A program made the translations under genes and the position numbers. Shown here piece by piece: positions 10,231 to 19,497 of a stretch of DNA of 64,000 bases (position 1 is the first letter of the stretch; every line of letters starts with the position of its first letter). Location of the stretch: the IMG/VR virus record IMGVR_UViG_3300005264_000005, positions 39,738 to 103,737 of that record. The stretch is one strand, 5' to 3'. Source of the DNA: a virus. Under the pieces are notes generated by a model, which had not been told where the DNA came from, did not search any database, and worked only from the letters and a program-made list of their open reading frames with translations.

Positions 10231-10998
10231 TTAAATTCTATCTCTAACGCTGTTCCATAAACCTGCATATCCACTTCGTGCAGAAGGAATTCCGTATTGA
10301 GAATATGAACTTCTATTATTAATTCTAGGACCAGCATTATCGGTTGCTGGTTTTGGTGTTTGAATAGAAATATTCTGCATACTTTTTTCAAAATCGAGAC
10401 TGAATGATTCAGTTGATTCGCAAAATAAGTCATCAAAATCAGCATCTACATGAGTACCCATAGTGCTAAACCTAGCTTTAAATTGAGGTATAACTTTATT
10501 AATTCTACCCATAACGCCAGAATATCGATCTCTATTGTCATCAGCGTTATCTGTACTAGACCAGAATGCATTCATGTTACTTGTATGAGAATGTACATCC
10601 ATAATAAGCTTACAGTTAGGGAAGTCAGTCCATAAATTAGATAAATCATACTTAGCTGACCCTGCACCAATAGCTTGTATCGGTACATGTAGGAAATATT
10701 TATCAGTTTCAGTATTATACATAATTAAAATATATGCTTCTAATTGCTTATTAGCATTATCTAATTCAACATACCTAAAGAATTTTTGTATCTCCCAAAA
10801 CAGAAGAGCTGGTATCTTCCTTGGCAGAACAGCAATATCAGACTCGCCTACTGGCAATCCAACAATACCGTTAATTTTTACTGTAATATAGCCACAGCCA
10901 CAAGCCTTGACTAAATAAATGCCATCCGAGCACAGGCAATACGTAGCTAATCCAAGCCCAGTTTTGTCTTCCGGAATTCCTTTAATAATATCAAACAT
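10231..10998 (-). CDS. prokaryotic JAB/MPN peptidase (PRTRC protein A-like)
   Basis: E...DVHSHTSNMNAFWSSTDNADD JAMM motif. Confidence 0.85.
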   Translation of the reverse strand: MFDIIKGIPEDKTGLGLATYCLCSDGIYLVKACGCGYITVKINGIVGLPVGESDIAVLPRKIPALLFWEIQKFFRYVELDNANKQLEAYILIMYNTETDKYFLHVPIQAIGAGSAKYDLSNLWTDFPNCKLIMDVHSHTSNMNAFWSSTDNADDNRDRYSGVMGRINKVIPQFKARFSTMGTHVDADFDDLFCESTESFSLDFEKSMQNISIQTPKPATDNAGPRINNRSSYSQYGIPSARSGYAGLWNSVRDRI

Positions 10999-11660
10999 TA
11001 AATAGTTCCTAACGTATAGTTACGACCAGAATCAACATATAGCTGATCAGGAAATTCTTCTTTTCCTTTTAGGAAATTAAATAAACCTAAAGGAGTATCA
11101 AATCCAACATGACGAAATAATGACCCTTGGAATAAATCATTATTAAATGGTGCATTAAACAATCTATTGATATAATTACCAAGACCACAAAGTGATTGAA
11201 ATTCACCAGATAAAACAGATCCACCACCCCAACACACCCAGCCACTATCACTTACATTTGGAAATGGAAGATTGTATAAAATAGTATTGTCATTAAAAAA
11301 CATAGGAGCATCTTTAACTGCCCATGCAAAAGTCTGACTTAGTGTAAAGTTTTTTTTATTTACCTGTAATTCAAACTTCATAATTACACCAGGACGAATA
11401 CAGTCAGTAATTACTTCGGACTTATAATTGGCATCAAACTTAACAGGAGGCGAATAAAGGAATAAGAATGCTCTATTACCTTTTTCTTGCCATTTAATAG
11501 TTCCAACAGGTAAAACAGGAGTATTAATACCAGTACCTTTGTCTTGGAATGCCTTTACTAAAGACTCAATCTTAACAGTTTTCTTAAATAAGCTATCGCC
11601 ACCATTTCCATGAGTAACAATAGCTGCATTTTCTCTTATTTCAATTAAAACATTTGACAT
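10998..11660 (-). CDS. prokaryotic E2-like enzyme (PRTRC protein B-like)
   Basis: LYNLPFPNVSDSGWVCWG with catalytic Cys; F..PFN motif. Confidence 0.8.
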   Translation of the reverse strand: MSNVLIEIRENAAIVTHGNGGDSLFKKTVKIESLVKAFQDKGTGINTPVLPVGTIKWQEKGNRAFLFLYSPPVKFDANYKSEVITDCIRPGVIMKFELQVNKKNFTLSQTFAWAVKDAPMFFNDNTILYNLPFPNVSDSGWVCWGGGSVLSGEFQSLCGLGNYINRLFNAPFNNDLFQGSLFRHVGFDTPLGLFNFLKGKEEFPDQLYVDSGRNYTLGTI

Positions 11661-11665
11661 AAATA

Positions 11666-12586
11666 TTACTCCCGGAGTGTGCTAGAGACAAATTCTATAT
11701 AAGTTTGCAGCTCAAGCATAAATGCATTTGTGTTTCGAATTCTGGCTTCATTAACGCTATATTCAAATACATAATGCATAGACATAAGAATATCAGTAAT
11801 CGCACAAGTAGCCTCTTCTAAATCGCTGACCTTATCATTAGCCATGGCATACAAGTATAAAGTTTCAGCTGCACTGCTAAGTGTATCAAAGCCGCCTCTA
11901 AAGCTGTTAATATAAATACTATGACCAACACATCCCTTTAATAGTAAGCATACTTCAAAAGCAGTGAATCTGTAGTCAGCATTTATATTACAATTAATTA
12001 AAATATCATCCTTAATATGCTTTTTAAATTCAGTAAAAGGCTTGGCTAAATTTTTAAGTTTAATTAAATCAATAAATGCCTGATCAAACATCTCTTTAAA
12101 AAAACTCTTATTGCTATTAACCTCTGTACTATCAAGTTCAAGATAAGCACTTCTTTCTGACATTGCTTCAGTTAATAATCTATGAACATTTAAGTATACG
12201 CTTAATTCTGATGCAGTGTGACTTAAATTAGATTTGCCAATAAGCATTTCATTGTTACAGTCAAGAATTTTACTTAAATGACTATAGTATCCTTTTTCCA
12301 ATCTCTGTATAGAGGCTGCCCAATTGTTCCACTTAGAATAAGAATACGTAATCGTAACAGATCCATTACTTATCCTTATATTATCAGTGTGCTCAAACAG
12401 ATTAGCAGCCTTTAGCTCTCTTATCCAATGAGTTTTAATAAAGAAAGAAAGCTTTCTCTCCATATCAGAACTAGTATGAGCAGAAGATAAAGAAGAAGAC
12501 TTAATGACTTTGTTTGTATATAAAAGGTATTGCAAATATGCATTTGATAATAAAAGTAAGCTACTATGCACTTGTTGATCATTCAT
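11666..12586 (-). CDS. hypothetical protein within the Ubl operon
   Basis: 306 aa ORF between the Ubl and E2 genes. Confidence 0.6.
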   Translation of the reverse strand: MNDQQVHSSLLLLSNAYLQYLLYTNKVIKSSSLSSAHTSSDMERKLSFFIKTHWIRELKAANLFEHTDNIRISNGSVTITYSYSKWNNWAASIQRLEKGYYSHLSKILDCNNEMLIGKSNLSHTASELSVYLNVHRLLTEAMSERSAYLELDSTEVNSNKSFFKEMFDQAFIDLIKLKNLAKPFTEFKKHIKDDILINCNINADYRFTAFEVCLLLKGCVGHSIYINSFRGGFDTLSSAAETLYLYAMANDKVSDLEEATCAITDILMSMHYVFEYSVNEARIRNTNAFMLELQTYIEFVSSTLRE

Positions 12587-12914
12587 TAATGCTACCTCCT
12601 AGCATAGACATGAAGTAATCAAACTCAATGTCAGTTTTCATTTGTTTAAAAATTATTTTAAGATTTTTTTCGGACTCCGTAAACTCTTGATATCGCTCAA
12701 TGCTTAAGAAAGCTGTCTTAATCTTTGATTCAACATCTTCTATGACAGACAGTCTTTTAGTCGTTGTTGCTCTGGCTATTTCTTTACATACATCATCAAC
12801 CTTAGACATATCAATTGATATAATAGACTCAGATTCATCAGGTAGATCAATAATTAAATCACATAGAGATTTATCTTCTAAAGAAGTTTCAATAACTTCT
12901 ACAGCTTCTTCCAT
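12579..12914 (-). CDS. hypothetical acidic protein within the Ubl operon
   Basis: start at MEEAVEV with AGGAG SD. Confidence 0.55.
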   Translation of the reverse strand: MEEAVEVIETSLEDKSLCDLIIDLPDESESIISIDMSKVDDVCKEIARATTTKRLSVIEDVESKIKTAFLSIERYQEFTESEKNLKIIFKQMKTDIEFDYFMSMLGGSINE

Positions 12915-12972
12915 AATAACTCCTTTGAGAATTGAAAATAATGGGGGAGTATAACCTCCCCCATAGAGCAAT

Positions 12973-13173
12973 CTATCCTTTTGTGCCAAGGCGCTCAGCG
13001 AAAGTAATGTATCGTACACCGTCTTCGACAGTGGTTGTAGAAGTACAGTTTAGGATATATGGAAACAATCCAGACATTTGATTTTTTACTGTTTCAGCAT
13101 CAAAATCACCCTTAAGCTCAGATACTTCTTCAACATTCGCAATAGACACTACAGTTTTAATAATTTCAGACAT
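12973..13173 (-). CDS. ubiquitin-like modifier (PRTRC protein C-like)
   Basis: 66 aa ending ...ITFAERLGTKG; GTKG terminus typical of PRTRC-C; upstream of E2/JAB/E1. Confidence 0.75.
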   Translation of the reverse strand: MSEIIKTVVSIANVEEVSELKGDFDAETVKNQMSGLFPYILNCTSTTTVEDGVRYITFAERLGTKG

Positions 13174-13258
13174 GTTATTCTCCTTATCCCTTTTCTCTAG
13201 GGAAGTTAAAATGACTCACACGGGAGTCTAGTTTAGCTAAACCTTTTCTAGGTTAGCA

Positions 13259-14233
13259 TTATTGGTAATGATCAGCATTGAACTCAAAATCTTCTCTGTT
13301 TATAAACTGATTATGGACTCTGTATAAATATCCTATATTAGTAAGTAGCCCAAATGATGCTAAAGCCCAATCTCCTAATTGAATAGACCAGCCTCTTTTA
13401 ATAAATTTTTCTACTCTAAGAAACTGATTAATCTTATCTGGTAAGATTTGAAATATAAGAACCTTATCGCGAATAGCATGTAGCGTACCTTTATGCCAAT
13501 ATATCTGACTTCCATCATATGCAATAGAGCTATGCTTAAAATCAAACTGACTTATTAAGTCTTCAGGACAAGCATAAATTTTTTTCATTATCTGGAACCT
13601 TAAACCAGTATCTTTTTGACAATACTCAATAAGATGTTCCTTCTCGGTACCAGTATAGTTATCGTTTTTCTTGAAGTATTGATTTACACTTTCAAAGTCA
13701 TGATCACTGCTAAAGAATAAATCAAAATCACTTTCAATTGTATCAACACCAGCAAACCAATTAACCATTTTGCCACCAGCTAATATAAAATTTAACCCTT
13801 GACCATAAAGCCCATCAATGACCTCCATGATAGCGGTAGTTGTATGGTTATTCATCTTAAATTTGCGGATAAAAACTTCACGCTCACAACTCAAGCAAAT
13901 ATTATCAAATCTTAATAACTTGCACAACATAGGCTTATAAAACTCTGTCATAAGTCCTTTGATGTCACTGGGCTTAATATTTACCAGCTTCTTGTGCTCT
14001 ACTTTAGTTGATGTAGAAAATAAATCTTTACCAGTGAAGTCAAGGTTTTTTAGGTTTTTAACTTCAGCAAAATCCGTAGATACTCTATTAGCCTTAAGCG
14101 TAGTGATCTGAGTATTAGACCAGTCATCAGCAGCTGACATAGCATAGCTTGAAATAGTAGTTATATTATTACCACATGGAACAGTTAAGATAGGCTCTAC
14201 TCCAAGAGCCGTACCCATAAAACTAGCTGACAT
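13259..14233 (-). CDS. nucleotidyltransferase-fold protein with N-terminal extension
   Basis: ILAGG...SDFDLFF (GG plus DxD), FDF motif. Confidence 0.65.
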   Translation of the reverse strand: MSASFMGTALGVEPILTVPCGNNITTISSYAMSAADDWSNTQITTLKANRVSTDFAEVKNLKNLDFTGKDLFSTSTKVEHKKLVNIKPSDIKGLMTEFYKPMLCKLLRFDNICLSCEREVFIRKFKMNNHTTTAIMEVIDGLYGQGLNFILAGGKMVNWFAGVDTIESDFDLFFSSDHDFESVNQYFKKNDNYTGTEKEHLIEYCQKDTGLRFQIMKKIYACPEDLISQFDFKHSSIAYDGSQIYWHKGTLHAIRDKVLIFQILPDKINQFLRVEKFIKRGWSIQLGDWALASFGLLTNIGYLYRVHNQFINREDFEFNADHYQ

Positions 14234-14580
14234 AATATCTCCAGAATAAATTGTAAAAAAAGTCAGACAGTAGCTTTCTCATAGATACTAACTACTGCCT
14301 AACACAAAACATGTATAAAAACCAAGAATATCATTCGCCATATTCTCAGCCCCCATACTTGCACGCACGCGGGCCAATTGACCCGGATCCTGACGGCGTA
14401 ATTCGGCTGGGTTTTACCCAGCTTTATTTGTCGCCTGCAGATCCATGGTCAGATCTCGTGTGTTTATCGATCGAGATTTTGGCCTGCTTAGTGCCCGGAT
14501 CTCCCCGTGCGGAGCTCGAGGAGATTAAGGACCATAATCTCAGACCAAAGGTCGGTTAAGGGTTATGGTCCTTTTCTATC
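14234..14580 (-). ncRNA. structured RNA 3' of the RT (candidate template), GC-rich and palindrome-dense
   Basis: hairpin 14527-14573, 56% GC over 14341-14520, ends in TTTATACATGTTTT, then a further hairpin and U tract. Confidence 0.55.
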
Positions 14581-14585
14581 ATAGA

Positions 14586-15362
14586 CTACCGATTCAGCAG
14601 TCTTTTAGCATCACAAGTCTTCTTGTAACGCATTAGTTTCAAATATTGCTCTGGATTGACACTATTTAAGTATGCCAAGTATCCCATCTCTTCACTTGAA
14701 ACATTTCCACTATAGATAGCAGCTCTCAATTTCTTGCGAGTCTCTCTGTTCATGGAAACTTTCTCATTGACCGTCATGCCGAGAACTTTTTGTGATGAAT
14801 TCTTATATGAATATTGAATCTTATCGTTCCTAACTCTAAATCCACTATATCTAAGTCTCGATCTAACTGTATCAATTAAAGCTTTAATATCAGGCTTATC
14901 ATAACCAGATATTGTAATATCATCAGCATACCTAGAATAATCTAGATTGCCTGTATCTAAAGATTGATTTAAATCTTCATCAAATTCTCTTAAAATAATG
15001 TTTGAAATAATAGGACTACAAGGACTACCTTGAACTAGCTTATTCTCATAAGTAGATACTTCACTCTCATATTCATCTAGAAAATACAAATCACTTTTCC
15101 TTATAGATGGAAAAAAATCAGCTATATCTATATTGAGAATCCAGTCTTTTTGAGTATGCATAACAGCAGCGTTACTTGCACTAGACCCCTTTCTGAATCC
15201 ATGACAAAAGCTTGATATCCACTCATCTTCCTCTAGCCTATTTTTAATTCTTCTTTGCTCTAGCTTCAACTCCTCACATGGAGCATGTATAATTCTTTTC
15301 TTGCCATTCTTTTTCTTACGATAATATATTTCATACAAAGACTTCTTATCGCTTAAAATCAT
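14586..15362 (-). CDS. retron-type reverse transcriptase
   Basis: KKNGKKRIIHAP, HGFRKG, NAAVMH (NAxxH-like), DIADFFPSI, QGSPCSP, YSRYADD, VLG (VTG-like); ATG at 15362 with GGAG SD. Confidence 0.92.
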   Translation of the reverse strand: MILSDKKSLYEIYYRKKKNGKKRIIHAPCEELKLEQRRIKNRLEEDEWISSFCHGFRKGSSASNAAVMHTQKDWILNIDIADFFPSIRKSDLYFLDEYESEVSTYENKLVQGSPCSPIISNIILREFDEDLNQSLDTGNLDYSRYADDITISGYDKPDIKALIDTVRSRLRYSGFRVRNDKIQYSYKNSSQKVLGMTVNEKVSMNRETRKKLRAAIYSGNVSSEEMGYLAYLNSVNPEQYLKLMRYKKTCDAKRLLNR

Positions 15363-15369
15363 TTTACTC

Positions 15370-15918
15370 CCTCCTATAGCAAGAGGCCGAAGCCTCCTAC
15401 AATAGCACTTACTCGGCCAGGTTTTAAACCTGGCAACGAAAGGCTGAACTCGCAGAGTCAGAGCTCTTGAGTTCAGTTTAATTAATTGCCGAAACAGCAA
15501 TTATGAATAACAAAAATTGTATAAAAAGAAATTTCTTTCTTAGAATACCAATTAAATTGACAGAGGAGATTGAAAACGAATAGAAATTTGTATCCTTTGG
15601 ATACTAAATTTTCTTTCGTAGCGTAAGTTTTGCTGTCACCTTTGGTGTCTGCAATTTTTAATCCCCGCCAGTCAATTGTAATATTCTGAACCGCGAGTGT
15701 GAAGCACGAGCTTCAACACGTACATAGACAACCGAAACGATTGTCAAAAAAATTGTATAAAGAACTTGCATAGCATTAACTAGTTAACATACAAGGATAT
15801 ACTTTCTTAAACTCAAGTAGTAGTTATGTCTACTTGAGTTTAAGAAATACTTCACTGAACTTTAGGTTTATTTCAAGTCAGAGTGAAGTCGTACTACATT
15901 CTTGCCGAAACAGCAAGA
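15370..15918 (-). ncRNA. array of three structured ncRNA units upstream of the RT
   Basis: repeated GTTTCGG hairpin at 15902-15916, 15727-15745, 15486-15500; repeated TTTATACAATTTTT at 15748-15761, 15512-15525; long variable hairpins between. Confidence 0.65.
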
Positions 15919-15920
15919 GC

Positions 15921-15998
15921 GCTAAGGAATAAGCAAATACAGTATGGTTAGGCATCGGTTTCATTGTGAGTGAAGTAATTGTATTTTACACCATTAGC
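15921..15998 (-). ncRNA. minimal Y-RNA-like element
   Basis: GCTAATGGTGTAAAATACAATTACTTC...ACTGTATTTGCTTATTCCTTAGC; same stem motif as six elements in the tRNA array. Confidence 0.6.
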
Positions 15999-16005
15999 TT
16001 AAATC

Positions 16006-16491
16006 TTACATTACTACTGTATAGGAATTGCATCCAAAGATAGCAAGTTCTTCTGCTGTAGGCCTTTCTATTTTTCTAGCCATATTATAAATAACAGATT
16101 CTGGCACTTTTCTATGCCTACTTCTCTGCCTTAGAATACAAGTTTCAGGACTAGCATCAAAGTAATATAAGTGAAACTTACATTCCACATCTAATTCCTC
16201 TGCAAATCTTCGATATTGAGAACGCATTTCTTTAGTAAGAGACGTATTATCAATAACAATATGCTGATGATTAGGGAGCGGAGATAGCAAGATTTTCTTA
16301 TATATTTCATGATGAGCTTTAAACACATACTTATTAGATGATTGTACCATGGCATCACCGGTAAACGCTTCTCTAATAATATCAGCATTAAGATTAGCAT
16401 AAGACTCTAAAGAAAGCACTGTCATGTGCTTTTTCATAAACGTAGACTTACCACAACTCGGAAGCCCTATTGTTATGTATACATTTTTCAT
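16006..16491 (-). CDS. AAA_33 / polynucleotide kinase-like P-loop protein
   Basis: GLPSCGKST, DIIRE, VIDNT, RKVPESVI. Confidence 0.8.
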   Translation of the reverse strand: MKNVYITIGLPSCGKSTFMKKHMTVLSLESYANLNADIIREAFTGDAMVQSSNKYVFKAHHEIYKKILLSPLPNHQHIVIDNTSLTKEMRSQYRRFAEELDVECKFHLYYFDASPETCILRQRSRHRKVPESVIYNMARKIERPTAEELAIFGCNSYTVVM

Positions 16492-17051
16492 AGGCTAAAC
16501 TTCACTAGTATTTTAATTAAAAATAATAACTCTTCATCACTACTTGCAAACATTACACCTTTAACATGCTCATTATAAAGATATTTAATACTCATGCAAG
16601 GAATGCTCTCACCAATAGCAAGCCCAAGGCTACTAGGAGAATCGTCTATGAATAGCAGTACGTTATAAGTATTAAATAACTCTTCCTTACCGCTCTCGCC
16701 AATCCATAAATCATCAAACGGTATATTGTTTTCACTTAGCCACCTTAATGTTGCACCGCAACTATCAGGATGTCTATGAGAAGCTATAATTACACAGTAG
16801 CCAGCATCACGTAATGTCTTTACCATATTAGCGGCGCACTTAAACGGCTTATGCTCATACTGGTACATGTGAACTTTCTTAGCAGCAAGTAAAGCTTCTT
16901 CTTTAGTCATGTAATTTGTATAAAAGCCCCAATCGCCATTATTACCAGGCTTTGGACAATTAGGATTGATCTTCTTTAACTCTTTCCACCAAGGCTCACT
17001 TAAAGACCATAGCGTAGCATCTATATCTACAACAATGACATCTTTTTTCAC
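16488..17051 (-). CDS. HAD 5'(3')-deoxyribonucleotidase-like protein
   Basis: VVDIDATL, FIDDSP. Confidence 0.75.
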   Translation of the reverse strand: MKKDVIVVDIDATLWSLSEPWWKELKKINPNCPKPGNNGDWGFYTNYMTKEEALLAAKKVHMYQYEHKPFKCAANMVKTLRDAGYCVIIASHRHPDSCGATLRWLSENNIPFDDLWIGESGKEELFNTYNVLLFIDDSPSSLGLAIGESIPCMSIKYLYNEHVKGVMFASSDEELLFLIKILVKFSL

Positions 17052-17257
17052 GGGGCCAGTCCTTTGTCATGTTCAGAGTTAGATAAATCTATTTCTAGCA
17101 TCTTAGCAATCTCTTCTAAATACCACTGCTTATGATGAGCTCCATCTGTTTCAAGAGCATCGAGAACAAAGTTTTCAATTTCATTAGCTGCATTTTGCGT
17201 AAGTTTCTTCTTCACATTATCTCCAAGAACAGAAAAGCCCCACAAATAGCAGGGCTC

Positions 17258-17920
17258 TTAATTATACATTAGCTTTCTCATCCACTGCTTTTTAACTCTT
17301 GATCTTTTCCAGCTACGTCCTCTGTATCTAGGATGACTATACTCAATCCTTTTTGAGCACTTAAATGTAGCACCATACTCTAATAGAGTTTCACTAGATT
17401 CAATTTGAGCAGCATACCACTCACGCTTATACGGAGTAATGCCACAGTGATTACCTCTGTGCTTTTGCCAGCCGCCACACCATCCTTGACCGCCAGCTCC
17501 AGGTACATAATTAGCAGGTCGCCAATGATAAAGATTTTTCTTTTTAACAACGAAAGGCTTAGTATTCCGTATATCAAACCATAAATCTTTAGCATTTAAG
17601 ATTCTGCCTAGTTCATCTGTAACTCGTAGTTCATTTGGCTCAAATACTGGATCAAGCCAAACATAATATGGGATGGTAATTGGTTCCCATCTTCGAGTTT
17701 CTTCATTCCATCTATTTTCATATCTGTACCTAGTAACATTTCGGCCTTTTATATAAATGCCATCATTGTCACTATGGCTATATTTCTGACAGAATTCTTT
17801 TAGTGAAATTGAATGAGATCCACCGCTCCATATAGAAACAACGGTACCATAATGACATCTGAGGCAGTTAATCATTTCATCATAAGAGTCATAGCTAAAC
17901 CCATTAACAAAATACTTCAT
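17258..17920 (-). CDS. hypothetical phage protein
   Basis: 220 aa, C-terminal RSWK...KKQW. Confidence 0.55.
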   Translation of the reverse strand: MKYFVNGFSYDSYDEMINCLRCHYGTVVSIWSGGSHSISLKEFCQKYSHSDNDGIYIKGRNVTRYRYENRWNEETRRWEPITIPYYVWLDPVFEPNELRVTDELGRILNAKDLWFDIRNTKPFVVKKKNLYHWRPANYVPGAGGQGWCGGWQKHRGNHCGITPYKREWYAAQIESSETLLEYGATFKCSKRIEYSHPRYRGRSWKRSRVKKQWMRKLMYN

Positions 17921-18749
17921 AATTTTCTCCTTTAGATTAAAATATCTATAGCATACTCATTACAGGCCTTCACTTATTAGTGTTAACTTACTCGTGCCAA
18001 TCCATCCATGCAACTTTAGCATGGCGATACAGCTTTTTAAATGAATACTTTTCCCATAATTCAGGATTAGCATCAACCATTGATCGTGTTTCTTTTCTAA
18101 TTAACTTTGCTCTTGTACCACGCATATAACATCCTTTGTTTTTGGAGACAGAAATGGAACTCAAACCCGAAATGCTTTACAGTAACAACTTTACAGATCG
18201 TTTCCTTGTCATTCGGATCATTCTGTCAATAAGCTTTTTCTTAAATCCTGAATCCACTTAGATTGATTAGCACAACGCTCTTGCTTCTCTTTAGTTAATG
18301 ATAGAAAGGCTTTTTCTTTTCTTCTGCTTAGCTAAACTATCTTTATAGTACTTATCAGGCTCAAATTCTTCAGATACTGCAGCATCACTAGGATCATCTC
18401 TCATATTAATATACGCACTAAACGCACAAGCGCAACCAATAGCAAACTCCTCGAAGCTGACACCAGCTTTAATACAAGCAGTATGTCCTGTAAGCATAAT
18501 TATTTCCTTTGCGCCATACGAGTTTTATGTGAAGCTTTACGCTTAGCACGGTTCTTAGCTTTTAATTTAGTATTCATACGATTCTTGTTAAAAGTACGAT
18601 TCACTTCAACAACAAGCTTCTTATGTTCACTAAGAGTAAGCTTAGAGCTTTTTGTCTCTTCCACAACAGCTGATTCGTTCTCGTTGGAAATTATTTTTTC
18701 TGGCTCATTCATAATATCTAATAGTCTTTCATCAGGGTTAATAGTCACT

Positions 18750-19353
18750 TTAATGCTCCTTTAGTCCGTATGTAGCACCAAATTCTTTAGCTGCATTAGG
18801 ATCTAGTTTCATGTGAAATTTCTTAGTATCACTTAAAAGTATAAACATATCAGCTTCACTTACAGGAGTATAATTACGAACATCAACGCCTGCATTAACA
18901 CAGTTATTCATTTTATCAAATTGTTGATGCAAGTGTCCACAAATCCAGGGGACATCCAAGTCAAGGATGCAACAGCTGGGATCATGAGCAAGACCAACGG
19001 GGCCAATACCTGGAAAATCAATAAAAGAAAATCTTTGAACAGAACTAAAGCCCGCTCTAATGTAATCGCTCCACTTATAATCTGTATCATGATTACCTAA
19101 AATTAAAATGTGCTGTCCATTAAGTTGCTTAATAATTGATTCTATTCTTTCAAGACTACCAAAACAAAAGTCTCCTATGTGATATGTAGTATCAGAATCT
19201 TTTACAACTGAATTGTGATTTTTAATTAATGTTTTATTCATTTGAGGTGCATTAGAAAATGGCCTCTTTGCATAGCTAATAATATTAGTATGAAAAAAGT
19301 CAATGCTGGTCGGCAGTAAAAAACCGCCGACCAAAAGTACCTTTATTTAACAT
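18750..19353 (-). CDS. calcineurin-like metallophosphoesterase interrupted by TGAC after motif I (recoded or pseudogene)
   Basis: ATG 19353 gives MLNKGTFGRRFFTADQH-stop; +1 frame continues FFHTNII...GDF...GNHD...HDP...GHLH. Confidence 0.75.
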
Positions 19354-19497
19354 TTTTAGAATTCCTTCCAGTAAATGTATTAATTAGCTTAAGTGCGATA
19401 ACTAAAACGAAAAATTTAAATTATTAATTTTATCACCACGTAGATTGCCATTTATATTATCTATAACTTAAGGCACTCTCCTCAATTCTGTTTATTT

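Noticed and set aside
14311-14559. 82-aa plus-strand ORF starting at the ATG variant of the array motif (possible cDNA-sense gene)
   Set aside because: No SD or recognisable domain; an open frame is plausible by chance in GC-rich DNA; the equivalent frame in unit 2 closes after eight codons
15363-15500. N-terminal extension of the RT ORF in the ORF track
   Set aside because: Overlaps structured ncRNA; strong SD and ATG at 15362
14234-16005. CRISPR array, DGR or group II intron interpretation of the RT locus
   Set aside because: Repeats are short with long irregular spacers and no cas genes; no TR/VR pair; RT lacks a maturase domain and no domain V was seen
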